Positions 1-12,400 of a DNA stretch of 64,000 nt are shown here, piece by piece. The stretch's first letter is position 1. Each line of letters opens with the position of its first letter. The translations under genes were made by a program, and so were the position numbers. The notes beneath the pieces are model-generated. The model was not told the DNA's origin. It did no database searches and saw only the letters and a list, made by a program, of their open reading frames with translations. The stretch lies in NCBI RefSeq assembly GCF_006345805.1, contig NW_021833059.1, positions 1 to 64,000 on the forward strand. Direction: 5' to 3'. The stretch is from Octopus sinensis. Taxonomy: Eukaryota.

Positions 1-420
1 CGAATTATGGCCAACTTGTGATTAACTGTAAGGTGCACATAAGCAAGAGCATTGAGATCTGGCGTTGAATAACCTATTAGCAAGAATAAAGTAGAATTAC
101 CCTTCCATTTGTCAGTGTGTATCACTGAACCCGGTGCAATATTTTCCTTATTGCGGCGGTTAGAGTTCTTTTGGAGCAATCTGGAACCATCTTGATGAAA
201 CAGTCTTTACTTCCACGACAGATTCCCCCAAACACCCATTGTTTAGGGAGAATCCGTCCTGCATTGTTTTCCCGTTTAGAAAACATGCATTCGTCAACTT
301 GGACAACTTTGCCAATACCACCTAACAGTCTAATGGAACACTAATATCAATCAGTGTGTTCGGACGATTTGCTAAATAATATGCGCAAACCTCTCGCAGG
401 ATGAAATGCAACAGTACCGT
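1..420 (-). mobile_element. Merlin (IS1595/ISXO2-like) DDE transposase fragment with micro-introns
   Basis: Minus strand reads LREVCAYYL..LIG|GIGKVVQVDECMFSKR..GRILPKQWVFGGICRGSKDCF..TL..ENIAPGSVIHTDKWKG|YS..HLTVNH, the Merlin motif series. GT-AG intron at 74-100, intron remnant at 322-347, one -1 frameshift. Runs off the window start. Confidence 0.85.
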
Positions 421-476
421 TAGTTCCTTTATTAATTATATAAATAATATCGTGACGAGTGTTGTGTGTATTGTGA

Positions 477-704
477 ATGATTATTCCGATCAGATGTTTT
501 TCGTGTGGGAAAGTGATAGGGAATAATTGGCTGCAGTATATAACATTGTTGTCATGCGGATACAGCGAGGGGTACAATAGACATCTCAATTGTAGTGATG
601 CTTTGGATATTTTATTGCTCAAGAGATATTGCTGCAGACGCATGCTCCTCACTCACGTCGACCTCATCGAAAAACTGCTTAACTACCCTCCCACTCAAAG
701 CTGA
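477..704 (+). CDS. POLR2L: RNA polymerase I/II/III shared subunit RPB10 (RPABC5); one 24-nt intron at 572-595
   Basis: [18 protein letters not shown]|[25 protein letters not shown]. Removing gtacaatagacatctcaattgtag restores the conserved EGDALD. Confidence 0.97.
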   Translation: MIIPIRCFSCGKVIGNNWLQYITLLSCGYSEGYNRHLNCSDALDILLLKRYCCRRMLLTHVDLIEKLLNYPPTQS

Positions 705-1088
705 TCAAATTCACTTTTTTATTTTGTTTTTATTATTTTGGGCAATATGTTCTTTATTTATAAGAGCACCCTGTCATTTAGGGCTGTGTTGTTTACCATC
801 CTGTTCACTTTGATGTATTCAGTTGAGCTATACTGACTGCATATTCTTTATAACAACGCACTAATACATAATCAGTTGATAATAATCATTAACTAACTTG
901 TCACAACAAATAAACATATGCTGTCACTGAGTTGTTGACTCAAACCAGTTCTGGGTGTATTCAGATAGTCATCCAGCACATAACGATTGTCGAGTTAACT
1001 TCAGTTAAGAACGAAATATTACCACTAGTTTCTTGTGTTCTTCGGAACCCTGAGGCTGAGATCAAATATGTAGTTCGAACAGCTAAAG

Positions 1089-3230
1089 CAGTGGTTCTCA
1101 AACTTTTTTTCCTTGCGTACCCCTTGCCATCTAAATAATTTTTCGCGTACCCCTTATCGATTTTTGAAAAATTAAGGAAAAAAAATATTTAATTAATGAG
1201 ATGGATGGTGTGTTTATCAATCACTAATCTATCGATTTCTGGATCCTTTGACGAAAGACACACCCGAATATCATGAACAACATTCAGCCTCGCACGATGA
1301 ACTGATTTTAAATTAAACAACGATGAAAATCCTTGTTCGCAGAGATATGTAGTCGGAAACAAAAGCAAAAAATCGATTATATAAAATCCAATATTGTGAT
1401 ATTTTGATGTCATTTTACACCAAAATTCAATTAATGGTGCAGATTTAAATAAGATTTTTGACTCGTAAAATTTATTAATTCAATAACTTCTTCTGAATAT
1501 TTGAAGGCAAAACATTAACTTTTACGGAAAGGATTGACAAAAAACTTAAGATCTACTTCATTAATTTCAGGTATATATTTTTCAATTTCATTCTTCAATC
1601 CAAGTAAATGGGAAGTTATTGATGTTTTAAATTTTCTATTCATTTAATTTTAGATGGAAAATGTTTTCATTCAACTTATCAAACATAAGTAAATTTAAAT
1701 TTGTTGTATTATCTATCCACAGTTGGAGCTTCATACGAAAAGACCTACAATATTGCATTATTTCGTAAAAACCTTGTTTTTTTCTAAAAAGTCAACAATG
1801 GTAACTCCCTTAGTTTGTACCGATAAATTCAAAGCATTAATTCGCGAAAAAATGTCCGTTAAATAAGATGCATACACCCCAATACATATTTGATAACTTT
1901 GATAATATAAATTTTTATTTTCGCGAAGAAAATATTCATAAATTTCATTCTTCAAACTGTGCACTCTGGAAAGAACATTTCCTTTGGATAATCATCGAAC
2001 TTCTGTGTGATATAGTAAAACTTCTCATCTGAACCAAATCTTCACAAATGAATAAAAAATTCGCGAATTTAAAGGACTTTTTTGATATGATTGACAATTT
2101 TAATAACATCGTCAAGAACATTTTTAAGTTCAAGAGGCATTGTCTTCACAGCAAGAACATAACGATGCAACATACAGTGAAGATGTTTTACATTTGGATT
2201 GACAGATTGTACTCTACCTCGGAAACCAGAGTTCATCCAAGCATAGCTGGTGCTCCATCTGTGGTGCATGCACTAAGATTTTGCCACAATAGGCCTATCA
2301 TAAGTAAAAATCAAAAATGTACCTTCTGTTTCAAAAAAAACAATTAACTGCATCGAAATATCAGAACCTTTTGTGTTTAAAGGTAAGGAATAGTTGAACA
2401 AAAATTCTTCCTTAATATTTTCCATATAAATATCGCACATAAACGAGTAACTGAGAGCAATTTGCTACATCTGTTGATTCATCCAATTGAATTGAAAATT
2501 TTTTAAAGGCAGCACTTTTTATTTCAGTAATGACCTAATAATAATTAACCAGAAAATAACTTGTTCTTTTATGTTTTCGGATAGATCTCGTATTCTTCTA
2601 TTGACGTATCATTTGAACATGGAATTTTTCGAACAATATGCTCCAATTTATTGCCAGGGAAACATTCAAACATGTCCTTAATGCACGGTATAATATAAGA
2701 TTCTCGGCAATTGTATGTGGTTTTTTTGGCTTTTGGCGATCCGATATGAAATCATGTAAGAGAGTTTTGATAGTAAAATTAATGTCAAAATTGAAAGAAT
2801 CGTCTATTTTCCGAATATTATCTTTTTTGTTCTTAAAAAGTCATTTGGTTTTCCGATAGTTTCGAAATGATTAGAAACTTGATGCCGAGAAAGTAATGAA
2901 GGTTTCATGGATTCAGGGCAAAGAATCTTTTGGCAAATAATACACTGCGGATGTGGCACACCGTTTTTAATCACAAAATAAAATCCATAGTTGAGATAAC
3001 ATCGTTGTATTTTCGAATCTTGTTAACAGTAAACTCATAAGAAAACTAGTAGCGTGGAGATTTATTTTATTATTAATTATTTAATTTAATTATGATTTTT
3101 ATTATAATTAGAATTAATAACTTTTTTTTTGAAACGAAAATTAAATAGATTTTCAAAAAAATTTTCGCGTACCCCCTACAGAATTTCGCGTACCCCTAGG
3201 GGTACGCGTACCCCAGTTTGAGAACCACTG
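1089..3230 (-). mobile_element. hAT DNA transposon (Buster/Charlie group) with decayed transposase
   Basis: TIRs cagtggttctcaaact / agtttgagaaccactg; perfect 8-bp TSD agctaaag (1081-1088, 3231-3238); minus-strand remnants HCMLHRYVLA, YLTDIFSRINALNLSVQ, FPTTYLCEQGFSSL. Confidence 0.95.
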
Positions 3231-3238
3231 AGCTAAAG

Positions 3239-3620
3239 TCTCAAACTGTGTGTTAGCTAGCAGTCTAGCTTTAAATCTTCAGCCTTCTTATTTGCAGATT
3301 TAGCCTCCAAGCACACGAAGTTAAATGAGAAGCAGAATGGTGTCCCAGCAGGTTTGCATCCCATACGAGGCCTTTTCCGCCTTCAAAGGGGAAAAGGGTC
3401 ATCCCGTCAGGACGTTTCCCATCGCGCGGTCAAGACCCGTGGTTCGAGGACCAAAGGAAATCCCGCCGAGTCGAGGGCCCTCGTATGATGTCATTCATAG
3501 CAGAGTGCCTCGGAAACGTCCGCACTCCTCCTGCATGATAAAGGGTGCAGACCGAAAGGGTCAACAGTGCAGCCACAGCGCACGTGTGCGGGACACATTG
3601 CCTTAGTCCCGAGGCGCAGA
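3239..3620 (-). mobile_element. CRE-like non-LTR retrotransposon 3' fragment (Zn knuckle plus RLE endonuclease), split by the hAT insertion
   Basis: With frameshifts the minus strand gives CGCTVDPFGLHPLSCRRS..RHSAMNDII..DGKRPDGMTLFPFEGGKGLVWDA, and continues (FETLAV) across the hAT TSD to about 1070. Confidence 0.8.
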
Positions 3621-3639
3621 GTTCAAAAATCTGAAATTG

Positions 3640-6050
3640 ATTGATTTAAAGTTTGAAAAATGAATATTCTATGCCAATTGAATCTTTTGTTTTAAAAAAG
3701 AGGCTTTTCCTTTTTATGCCCTGCTACCCTCAGTGGTTGCATTTATCGCTGACATATTTTTTGTTGATCATACTTTTCTTTCCTGTATCATTTTACTGAC
3801 TCATGAATCAGAGTTTATGGATTTCTATCCATATGGCCATATGGCCATTGGTAATTTACTTTAATTATAAGTAATAAAGCTAATCAATGACAGTTTTAGT
3901 CTGCTACAATATTTTAATCAATTCTCGATTGCCGTTATCCGGGGGAACAGTTTGGCGATCCGCCAGACCTCTGGCCTTCCCTGCGATTAATCGATATTAA
4001 TTGATAAATTTTTCTATACAGAAAAAAAAATTTGTCAATCATTAGTTAATTCTAGCAAATTCTATTTCCTCATTTTCACATCCTCAGTGACGTTTGATTC
4101 TGCTCTGATATTAGAATAAACGTTTTATCCTGTATTCTCCGTTGTAACGCGTGCCTTCTATTGACGATCGACTGACCACTTAATTCATGCATAATGGGAC
4201 TGGCCAAAAGCATAAAGCTATAAGACCCAATCTTTAAATTTTATTTCCAATGAATCCTTTTCTTTAACAATTTCTTCAATTCGTAAATGCCATGGACCAT
4301 TGCCTACCACTAGCACTGCTAAAAAATGTGAGATTCCCTGCCTTTTCGTAGACAAAATTCTCATCCATTCATGGGCAGATTCCTTATAAAGGATCCACGT
4401 TTCAATTTATAATGTAACAATCCAAGAGATCAAGTTCCCTTCAGTCACCATCTCTTTATAGGCCACCCATTAGAATATTCATCAGTATTTAAAGCGACAA
4501 AAAACACATTGCAACAGACATTAAAAATATTTTGAATGTGTTGGAAGAAGAAGCTTTGTTAACTACTGAGTTTCGACTTCAAAGTTAAGAAACTATGATT
4601 AACTCTTTATTTTATAATCACTCTCATTTTTATGCAACATCGTATTTGCAAGAATTAAGGGTTGGCCTCATCTGTCTTAATAATGATGGTATGGTTTATT
4701 AAATAATTTATTGTTCCACTTTGCTTTTGTTAGTTTCACTTTAAATCTGAAATGGTATAGATAGGGTTATAATTCTGTTTTGCGTTAGGTTTAAGTTTCT
4801 ATTTTACGCTATGCCTAATCTGTAAAATAGGAATAAGATTTTTTCTATAAAATCACATTATTTTGAAATTATTAACACTTTGAAGGCTCTGCACTTAGTT
4901 AGAAAAATTACTTAGTTAATTAGTTTTCTTTTTTTTATCAATAAAGGTTCGTGATTAAATAAAAAATGACCTTGAATGAGTTCGCGATTAACAGATTTTG
5001 AAAAACACGTTAAAAGTTATGTAATTTGTATGTGTAACAAAACAAATTGAATTTTTTGGTGTTAAAAAAGAGGCGTTTCCTTTTTATGCCCCATGCAACC
5101 ACTGAGGGTTGCATTTACAGCAGATCCTTATTTGTTTCTTTTTTCATTACCTGACTTTTTTTTAGCCTGTAGCATTTTATAATAGAATGAAAGCAGGTTT
5201 TATAAATTCGTATCCATATGGCCATATGGCCATAAGTAATTTACTTTAATTATAATAAACAAGCTAATCAATGACAGTTTTTAGTCTGCTCCAATATTTT
5301 AATTAACTCGTCAATCATTAGTCAATTCTACCAAATTCTCTTAACTTTTTCCCATCTTCAGTGACGTTTGATTCTGCTCAGATATTTGAATTAAGGTTTC
5401 TTTCCCTGTTGGTGACAGCGTGCCTTCTATTCATGATCGACTGAGCACTCAAGTCATGCATAATCATACTAAAAAGAAAAAAGCACTTTGTTTTATTATC
5501 ATTGCCATCAAGGGACCCAGTACAATGAGGTTGAAGACTATGTCACCAAACTTTAACTGAGTTAGAAAATTGGTGACTCCAGTGCACAATGAAAAATGTT
5601 GTTTTTAGCTACGAACGAAAAACGTAGATACGTAAAATATATTAAACCCCATCAAATACTATTTTTGCTCAACTTTAATATCATGCTGATTTCCATTGTA
5701 ATTGACAGGACATCGAGACAGCCATGAACAAAGCTGTTTATAGAATATAAAATCTAAGTAATCCCTAATATATAAAATTTCCCTAAAAAGTCTTGCCATA
5801 TTCTTCATCTTAATAGAAATCTTAAAAAAGTAATGTCGCTATTTTCTTAAAAGTTAAAAAAACTAAAATAATTAATTTTAAGTTTGAAAAATGAACGCAT
5901 TATCAAATCGTTTCATTGCAAATCGATTCTTCTGGCATCAAAATTATAGGCTTCCGCGTTTTATGCCATACAACTACTGAGAATTGCATTTATTGTCGTC
6001 AAAATTGAATTCCTTTCATGGCCCGCAGCATTTCACAGTAGCATGAAAGT
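3640..6050. repeat. Three diverged tandem copies (about 3640-4200, 5040-5460, 5875-6050) of an unidentified segment, possibly decayed paralogous exons
   Basis: Shared blocks: ttttatgcc..ttgcattta (all three); tatccatatggccatatggcc, gctaatcaatgacagtttt and cagtgacgtttgattctgctc (copies 1 and 2). Confidence 0.75.
3925..4030 (+). mobile_element. Very short CRE-like retrotransposon 3' end with A-rich tail
   Basis: Encodes SIAVIRGNSLAIRQ..*; absent from the paralogous repeat copy at about 5305. Confidence 0.75.
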
Positions 6051-7039
6051 TTACAATGACAGGCAATTGAAATAAGAATAAAAAATTTTTCGACATGTAA
6101 AGTAAGGGAGGAGATGTCTTTCCATTCTTGGTGGCTTATCTTGCTAAATCCTCATGGTGGTTTTCTAACTCATTTCTAGGTTAGATGATTCAAATCTTCT
6201 ATGGGTTTATCGATTATTTTGTTACCCCCTTTTGACAAAAGGAAAAGCGGCTCAATTTGTGAAAAGCCTCTGCTAGAAATCTTGGAATTATTTTTGAAGT
6301 TTTTAACTGATAAAGCGATTAATTAGGAATCATTAAGGGAAAGTTTTTAAGTTGCTTATAAAAAGTTTTAGTTTTTTGAAAAAACTGCTTCTTCATCGTC
6401 TTTGTTTAAATGTACATTTAGAAAAGTATTTTACATGTATCGATCATGTAGAAGTGGCAACTGTTTACATCGTCCCAAAAGATTATGATGTTATATGCGC
6501 GACTTCTAATAGATACTCTAAAAGGATTTAAGTATTTATCTGGTACCATTGCTTGAAAAATTATTTATGATGGAACTTAAATGATAGGTTAAACACTTAA
6601 CCTTTCAAGCCCTTGGTTGGATTACTCAGTCGGGTCACTTTCTAATTCAGAGTCTTCAAGAATCTCTTTCAACAGTTAAGTTTCTCTGTGACCCCCACAT
6701 GCCTTTTTTATGGAATTGAATTTATTCCTCCTGAAAGCTTTTGATCATTTAGATCTCTCACTCCAGTTTTAAATCCACTTCCAAACCGGACATTAAATTT
6801 AAACAGCTAGGAAGAATTCAACTAACTCCTCGACAACTCGTTGGCACATAATGAGGATTTTTTTAGTTTCAAGAAAGTTGACTTACAAAAATTTGTTTCC
6901 TGATTGATTTCCCAATATGTACAGGAGATACTCCTAACATTCTGGACGGAAACGCCCTGATGTTCGACTTTATTCCCATTCAGAAGGAAATGGAACTCGT
7001 GTGGGATGTACCTGCGTAGACTCATTTTAATCATCATCG

Positions 7040-7312
7040 TTGGTTGACTCCGCTTCTCGTCTTGTATCTGCATCTGCCTTTGTCAAATCTAGGAAAACTG
7101 CAAAATATCGCTCTTTGACCGATACCTCCTGCTTCATTCCTCTGTGCGGCGAGACAGTGCGATATTGGGCCAAAGCGCTCAAACTCCTCTCAGAGATTGT
7201 TCAATCATCCGAGGAGGAGTCACGACAGTCGTGAAACGAGTTGGCTATTTCAGCGGATATCGTTCGCGATATTACGTGGAAATTCCATCCGCTCGGCGAC
7301 TCATCTAATTTA
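7040..7312 (+). mobile_element. CRE-like retrotransposon 3' fragment
   Basis: VDSASRLVSAS..KTAKYRSL..CFIPLCGET..ETSWLFQRISFAILRGNS. Confidence 0.8.
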
Positions 7313-10300
7313 GTTAACTTCTCTTTTTCTTGTTTCATTAATTACATTAAATGTTATTAAGTTAAATTTTCGGTTAAATATTTTAATTAATTCGTCAATC
7401 GTTATTTATTCTGTTCACCCGATTTTTCTGTTTGGCAATGTAAAAAATACTCGCGATATCTTTATAATACTATTAACGAAATTGATTTGTATTTACTCAG
7501 GTACTGTTTTAATGCCAATAATCTCCATACATGTTGTGTAAATAATGCTTTCCTATGCAAAAACATTGAAGTTATTTTAACTTTAAAATTGTAAAAATCC
7601 CTAAATACTTTGTAAATTGTCAAATTATAAAATTTTATACTTAAAATTTTTTGGTTTTAGATTATCAAATTTTCTTAACGTTCTTTTGGTTTTAGTTACT
7701 TAAATCATATCATACATATTTGGTTTATTTTTTGGTCGTGAGAATTCTGGTTTTCTATATTGACGGAACGATTCAAAATTTTAAAATTTATTTTGGGAAC
7801 TTTTTTCTTTGAATTAAAGAATTAATTTAGATTAGTAATTTAATGATAATGATTAATTAGTAATTTTAAGATCTGTTCATCATATCGGAATGGTTTACGA
7901 ATATCGAATTTTCATCTTCTTCTTCGAGTGGATAATTATTAAAGTCTTCGTTAAAATTAACGAAACCACCTGGACTCCAACTCTTTAAAAATAGAAAATT
8001 CTTCAGATACGCGGAATTTGCACAGTAGTTTTAGAAATTAATAAAAGCAAGCTAAAGTAAGTATTTCATTTTTAGAAGAAAATAAATTTTATTTTAAAAG
8101 AAAATTGACAACAGATTGTATGTACAGGTTGTAAAATCAATTGAAATATGTCTTTTTTAGTAAACTCAATTTTAAATTATGGATTTTTTGTGTATGTTTT
8201 TTTTAACCACCAACGACTGACGCAAATTGATATCAGAGAAGTAATGTGGGCTATGCGTCCTGATAAAGAACTTTTTTCAAGGACTTTTAAGCTGATTTGC
8301 TTAAGTTTAAATTCTCTTTAAAGTTTGGTCACTCCTCAAATTTATCTGGCTATCACCTACTCTTAAAAAATAGTTGTTTCATGTGGGAATTACTTGACAC
8401 ACTCCATAAAGTTTTGTGTACTTAGTAAAAATTTGCTCACTTAGATGTGTGACGTTTATTATGACCACGTCCCTACTCATTTTATTGATCATCTACACGT
8501 GGAAGTGAAATAATTAAAAAATAAATAGATTCAGATTTATTACAATTCTAAAGAGTCCAGTAGTTGTATATTAAACTTTAACGATTTTATTTATCAATAT
8601 CTAAGCTTATTGCATCTGGAAATTTATTACGGCAGCAGTTTTAAATTATTTATGCTTAAGTCGTTAAATTTTCCAAATCAATCACTTATTTAAACAAAAT
8701 ATTTTCAATTATTATAGAGTGATTAACTTTATTTATACTTCAACTAAAGAAATAAAAGTTTTTTGACATAATGGACATTTTCCTTTCATCAAAAGCCAAG
8801 GATCTATACAATCTTTGTGAAATTGATGACTAAAATAATTTATAAATATTATTTTTTACTTGCATGACATAGTTCGAACTATTTCACCCACAAAATTTCA
8901 GATATACAAATGTGCGCAGAATATTTCAATCGATTCATTCTAAAATGTTAAGTATTTAAAAAACTGTTGATTCTACCTATTCTTGACCAACAAATACTCT
9001 TAGCTTCCGTCCCAACCGTCCGTTTTAATACAGTCGAGTACATTTTGCTCACTGAAGCTAACAAGCTTGCGTATTTAATAGCGAATTGGCCTTCAAAACT
9101 TCCCACTACAAATTGATTAGTGTCTTTATAGCTCCAAATATATAACAGATGCACATTTTCCCTTCACTTTTAACACATCAGTCACACCCAACTAAATTGA
9201 CTGGGACGTCAAAATTATCTCCAAATTCGGATTTAGAACTAAATTCTTGAAATTCGGGTAAATTGAGATCAAAATGATATCCTTTATTCATTTCTCCAAA
9301 TTCCTGACTAGTTAGAAATGATTAAATAGCATGTCCCGCGACTGATTGATGCCTAGAGCATACGAAGTCTCCCTTCTTTCGTATTTCAAGTTGCGATTGC
9401 TTCGAAATCGCCCGTCTCTTTGTGTGATGGATATTTTTTGTAAACGAAGGTAGTTTATCAACAACTAAATTTTTTAGGATATTTAATCCGTTTCAAATTA
9501 AACTGATGGCCCTGGGAGATATTGGAACGAACATTGTCTTTATTTTATTGATACTTTGAGCTGACTCCAGCCGAAACTCCTGACTATGATTGCAAAAACA
9601 ACAAATTTTTTTATCAAATAATTAAATTTATTAAACTATAATTTTTGCTAAGTGATCCACAATGTTAATTCTTTGATGAGTTATAAAGTTAAAATTTGAA
9701 TTTTTTTATTCAATTTTAATTTTTTCTGCTTTATTAATTTTGTAAATTGCAATTTAAACGAAACAATTTAGACTACTTTTCCCAAGAGATTGTTTATCGT
9801 GGGGGTGGGTATCACGTGCCTAGACCGTTTGCAGACAGTGGAAATGGAAAAAAGGAGAGTATAACCTCCTGCAAAATAGCTAGGACTGATGCACCAGTAT
9901 ATTCTTTGGTTTTTATTTTTTTGCTCTCTTTCAATAGAGGACTAAAATATTGGCAATAGCTTTTTTTGCTTGTCCTTTCATATTAGAATCAGTCCGTTTC
10001 TAAACTTTCCTTCCATCCTAAAGTTTTTGCGAAAGGCATAGTTAATTATTTGATTTTTTTAAAGAGGTGTTTAACTCAACTACAGTTCTTTTTTTTCTGG
10101 AGTGTGAATGTGAAAGTACTATTCTTATAGTTCTTATAAATTAACTTTAAAATGAAACGACAAAACTTTGATTAAATCAGATAAGACAAATTAACGAGAA
10201 CAGAAGATTATTTAAACAGTTAAATGAGAAAATACTCCCATGTCATCGCCTTAAAATTACGTCGGCAATCTAGTTTCAGATCATTGTTATTATGTTTTGC

Positions 10301-11000
10301 ATCTTTCTTAAGTAAGCGAAATGATAACAGTAGACTGTCGGCAAATCTATATCCAAGCCGCCTTTAATCACGTCAAATTTCTTAACTCCCAATTTTTTTT
10401 ATTTTTGAGGATTTCTCCGAATATAGTAACCGAGTCTTCCAAACCTAAAATATCTCAGTTGTAAAAAATACAGTTCTTCTCCTTCTACATACATCAAATT
10501 TTTAAGAAACTCAAGAGTTTGTAATTCATTGGAACGGCGAAGATGATGTATCCACTCAGTGCCTGGACTCAACTTAAATATTTAAAGTTCTCGATTCGAA
10601 AAATTCTACTTATAGTAATTTGCAATCAGTACTCTTGAAGCATCATGTAAAACTCCCGATTACGACAGAACAACCCTCAAATTGATTGATGTTCAATTTG
10701 TCATCACAATGACTTCATCCACGATTTCACAAACTATTTTTTGTAATAAAACATTTATAAACTATAAGAGTTATTGAAAACTATTCTTTTTCAATAGAAT
10801 CACACCAATCCGGCGAATAATCAGAATAGACTCAAGGAGTCCTTCCTCATGAGCTCAAGGTCTTCACGAATGCGATCAAATATGATGGTATCATTCAAAT
10901 AATAACAATGATTGTCATCCATCCCCATAAATGAGTATGGAAGCTGAACTGCTATGTTTTAGAAAGTAACAGATAAAAAATGAATAATAAAAGATGTATA

Positions 11001-11390
11001 GGGTTTTTTCCGAGTTTAACGTCAAAGCCCAAGCATTAGTGTTGACGCATCAAGCATTAGTGTTAATTCTCAGAATTCTGTGTTAAAGTAAAGCTACATA
11101 TAGACTAGCTGAAGTCATTCCGATTTTAATATTGAATATTTACCATCTATAACTCTCCTTTTATGTATCAATTGAGAATATATTTGCATTAAGGTATTCT
11201 CCGGATAAAAGCGTCTTGTAATTCCGAGAATGTCAACAGCGAAATAAAGTTGAAAAATGAATAGAACTTTGTTTTTTAGACCTTTGACACTAATGCTTGA
11301 TGCATTAACACTAATTCTAGATCCATCAGCACTAATGCTGGTACATTAACACTAATGCTTGCGCTTTCTACGTTAAAGTTCGGAAAACCC
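11001..11390. mobile_element. MITE/foldback element with long imperfect TIRs built from aagcattagtgtt repeats
   Basis: The left end gggttttttccgagtttaacgtcaaagcccaagcattagtgtt matches the reverse complement of the right end; flanked by tata on both sides. Confidence 0.8.
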
Positions 11391-11394
11391 TATA

Positions 11395-12400
11395 CAGTCC
11401 GACCTCCGCCCCAATAAAACCTTGGCCTTGGGGCACCTTCCATATTTGGGGTACTTTTATTTATAAAGTCCATTTTATAGCAATTTATTTAATTTTCTAC
11501 TAATAGAATACTAAACTAAAATATTATCGACCCCGCTTATTAGGGCATTTTTTAAAATAATTTTTGTTTTTGAACTTTTCAGGAATTTGAGACAAAATGG
11601 AATTTCAATTTCCGGATTCGGCGATAAAATTACCTTGAAGACGCATAACCGGAGGGAGGCGAGCTGGCTCTTCAAGCGCGTTTCGGTCTCTATTCTACGT
11701 CGGAACTGCCTCTCGATTCGTCGGACTGACTCCCGGGTCCCATATAGCTCTACTAGTTTCTGATTTCATTTCTTTCTTTTTAACAATTGGTTACGAAAAA
11801 TTAATGATGAAATGTTTTCACAAAATAGAAAAATTTTAATTCTTCCTGATAATGCTACTTGTCATAGATGTCTAAATTATTCAAATCTTATTTTCCTAAA
11901 ATTTCCAAAGAATACATTCTTTAACTCCTTGATATGGGGATCGTCAATTTTTTCAACTATCTTTTTCAAATGTCCTATATGAAGAAATTTGTATTGGCGA
12001 TCTTTATGAAAATTATTATGAGACATTATTGAATATAAATATGCGACAGTTATCATATTTGTAGGATAAGTATGAAATCGAGTGAATTAAAAAAATGATT
12101 TCGAAATTAATAAACATTCAATCTGAACTATTGGAGACTCATATTTCAAATGTAGTAAAAATAGAATTTGATGGAACTGAAAATGACTCTCAATTATATG
12201 ATAATGAATATAGTAAACCTATGCAATTGTATTTTTTGGAAGGCTTTGACGTTACGAAGAGGAGAAATTCTTCTATTAAAAAGCCTATATTATAACTGGG
12301 ATGCAAGTGTTACAAAATTATAAGCGAACTTTTTACTTGCTCATGAAATATTATTAACAAAATTTTTTTGATAACAAGCACTACTGTTGGACTATTTTTT
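11395..12400 (+). mobile_element. Decayed pogo/Tigger element containing a CRE-like 3' fragment (about 11582-11762)
   Basis: Starts ta|cagt; DDE remnants NRKILILPDNATCH and LDMGIV; nested REASWLFKRVSVSILRRNCLSIR. Right boundary approximate. Confidence 0.65.

Noticed and set aside
1-420. Bacterial IS1595 contamination
   Set aside because: It contains a spliceosomal intron and abuts a eukaryotic gene, which fits a eukaryotic Merlin element.
4085-4165. U3 or C/D snoRNA-like boxes in the tandem repeat
   Set aside because: The box C-like motif differs between copies (ttgacga vs tcatga) and no U3 5' domain is present.
8948-9560. THAP-like VCSRH on the minus strand
   Set aside because: The other THAP residues could not be found; too degenerate to call.
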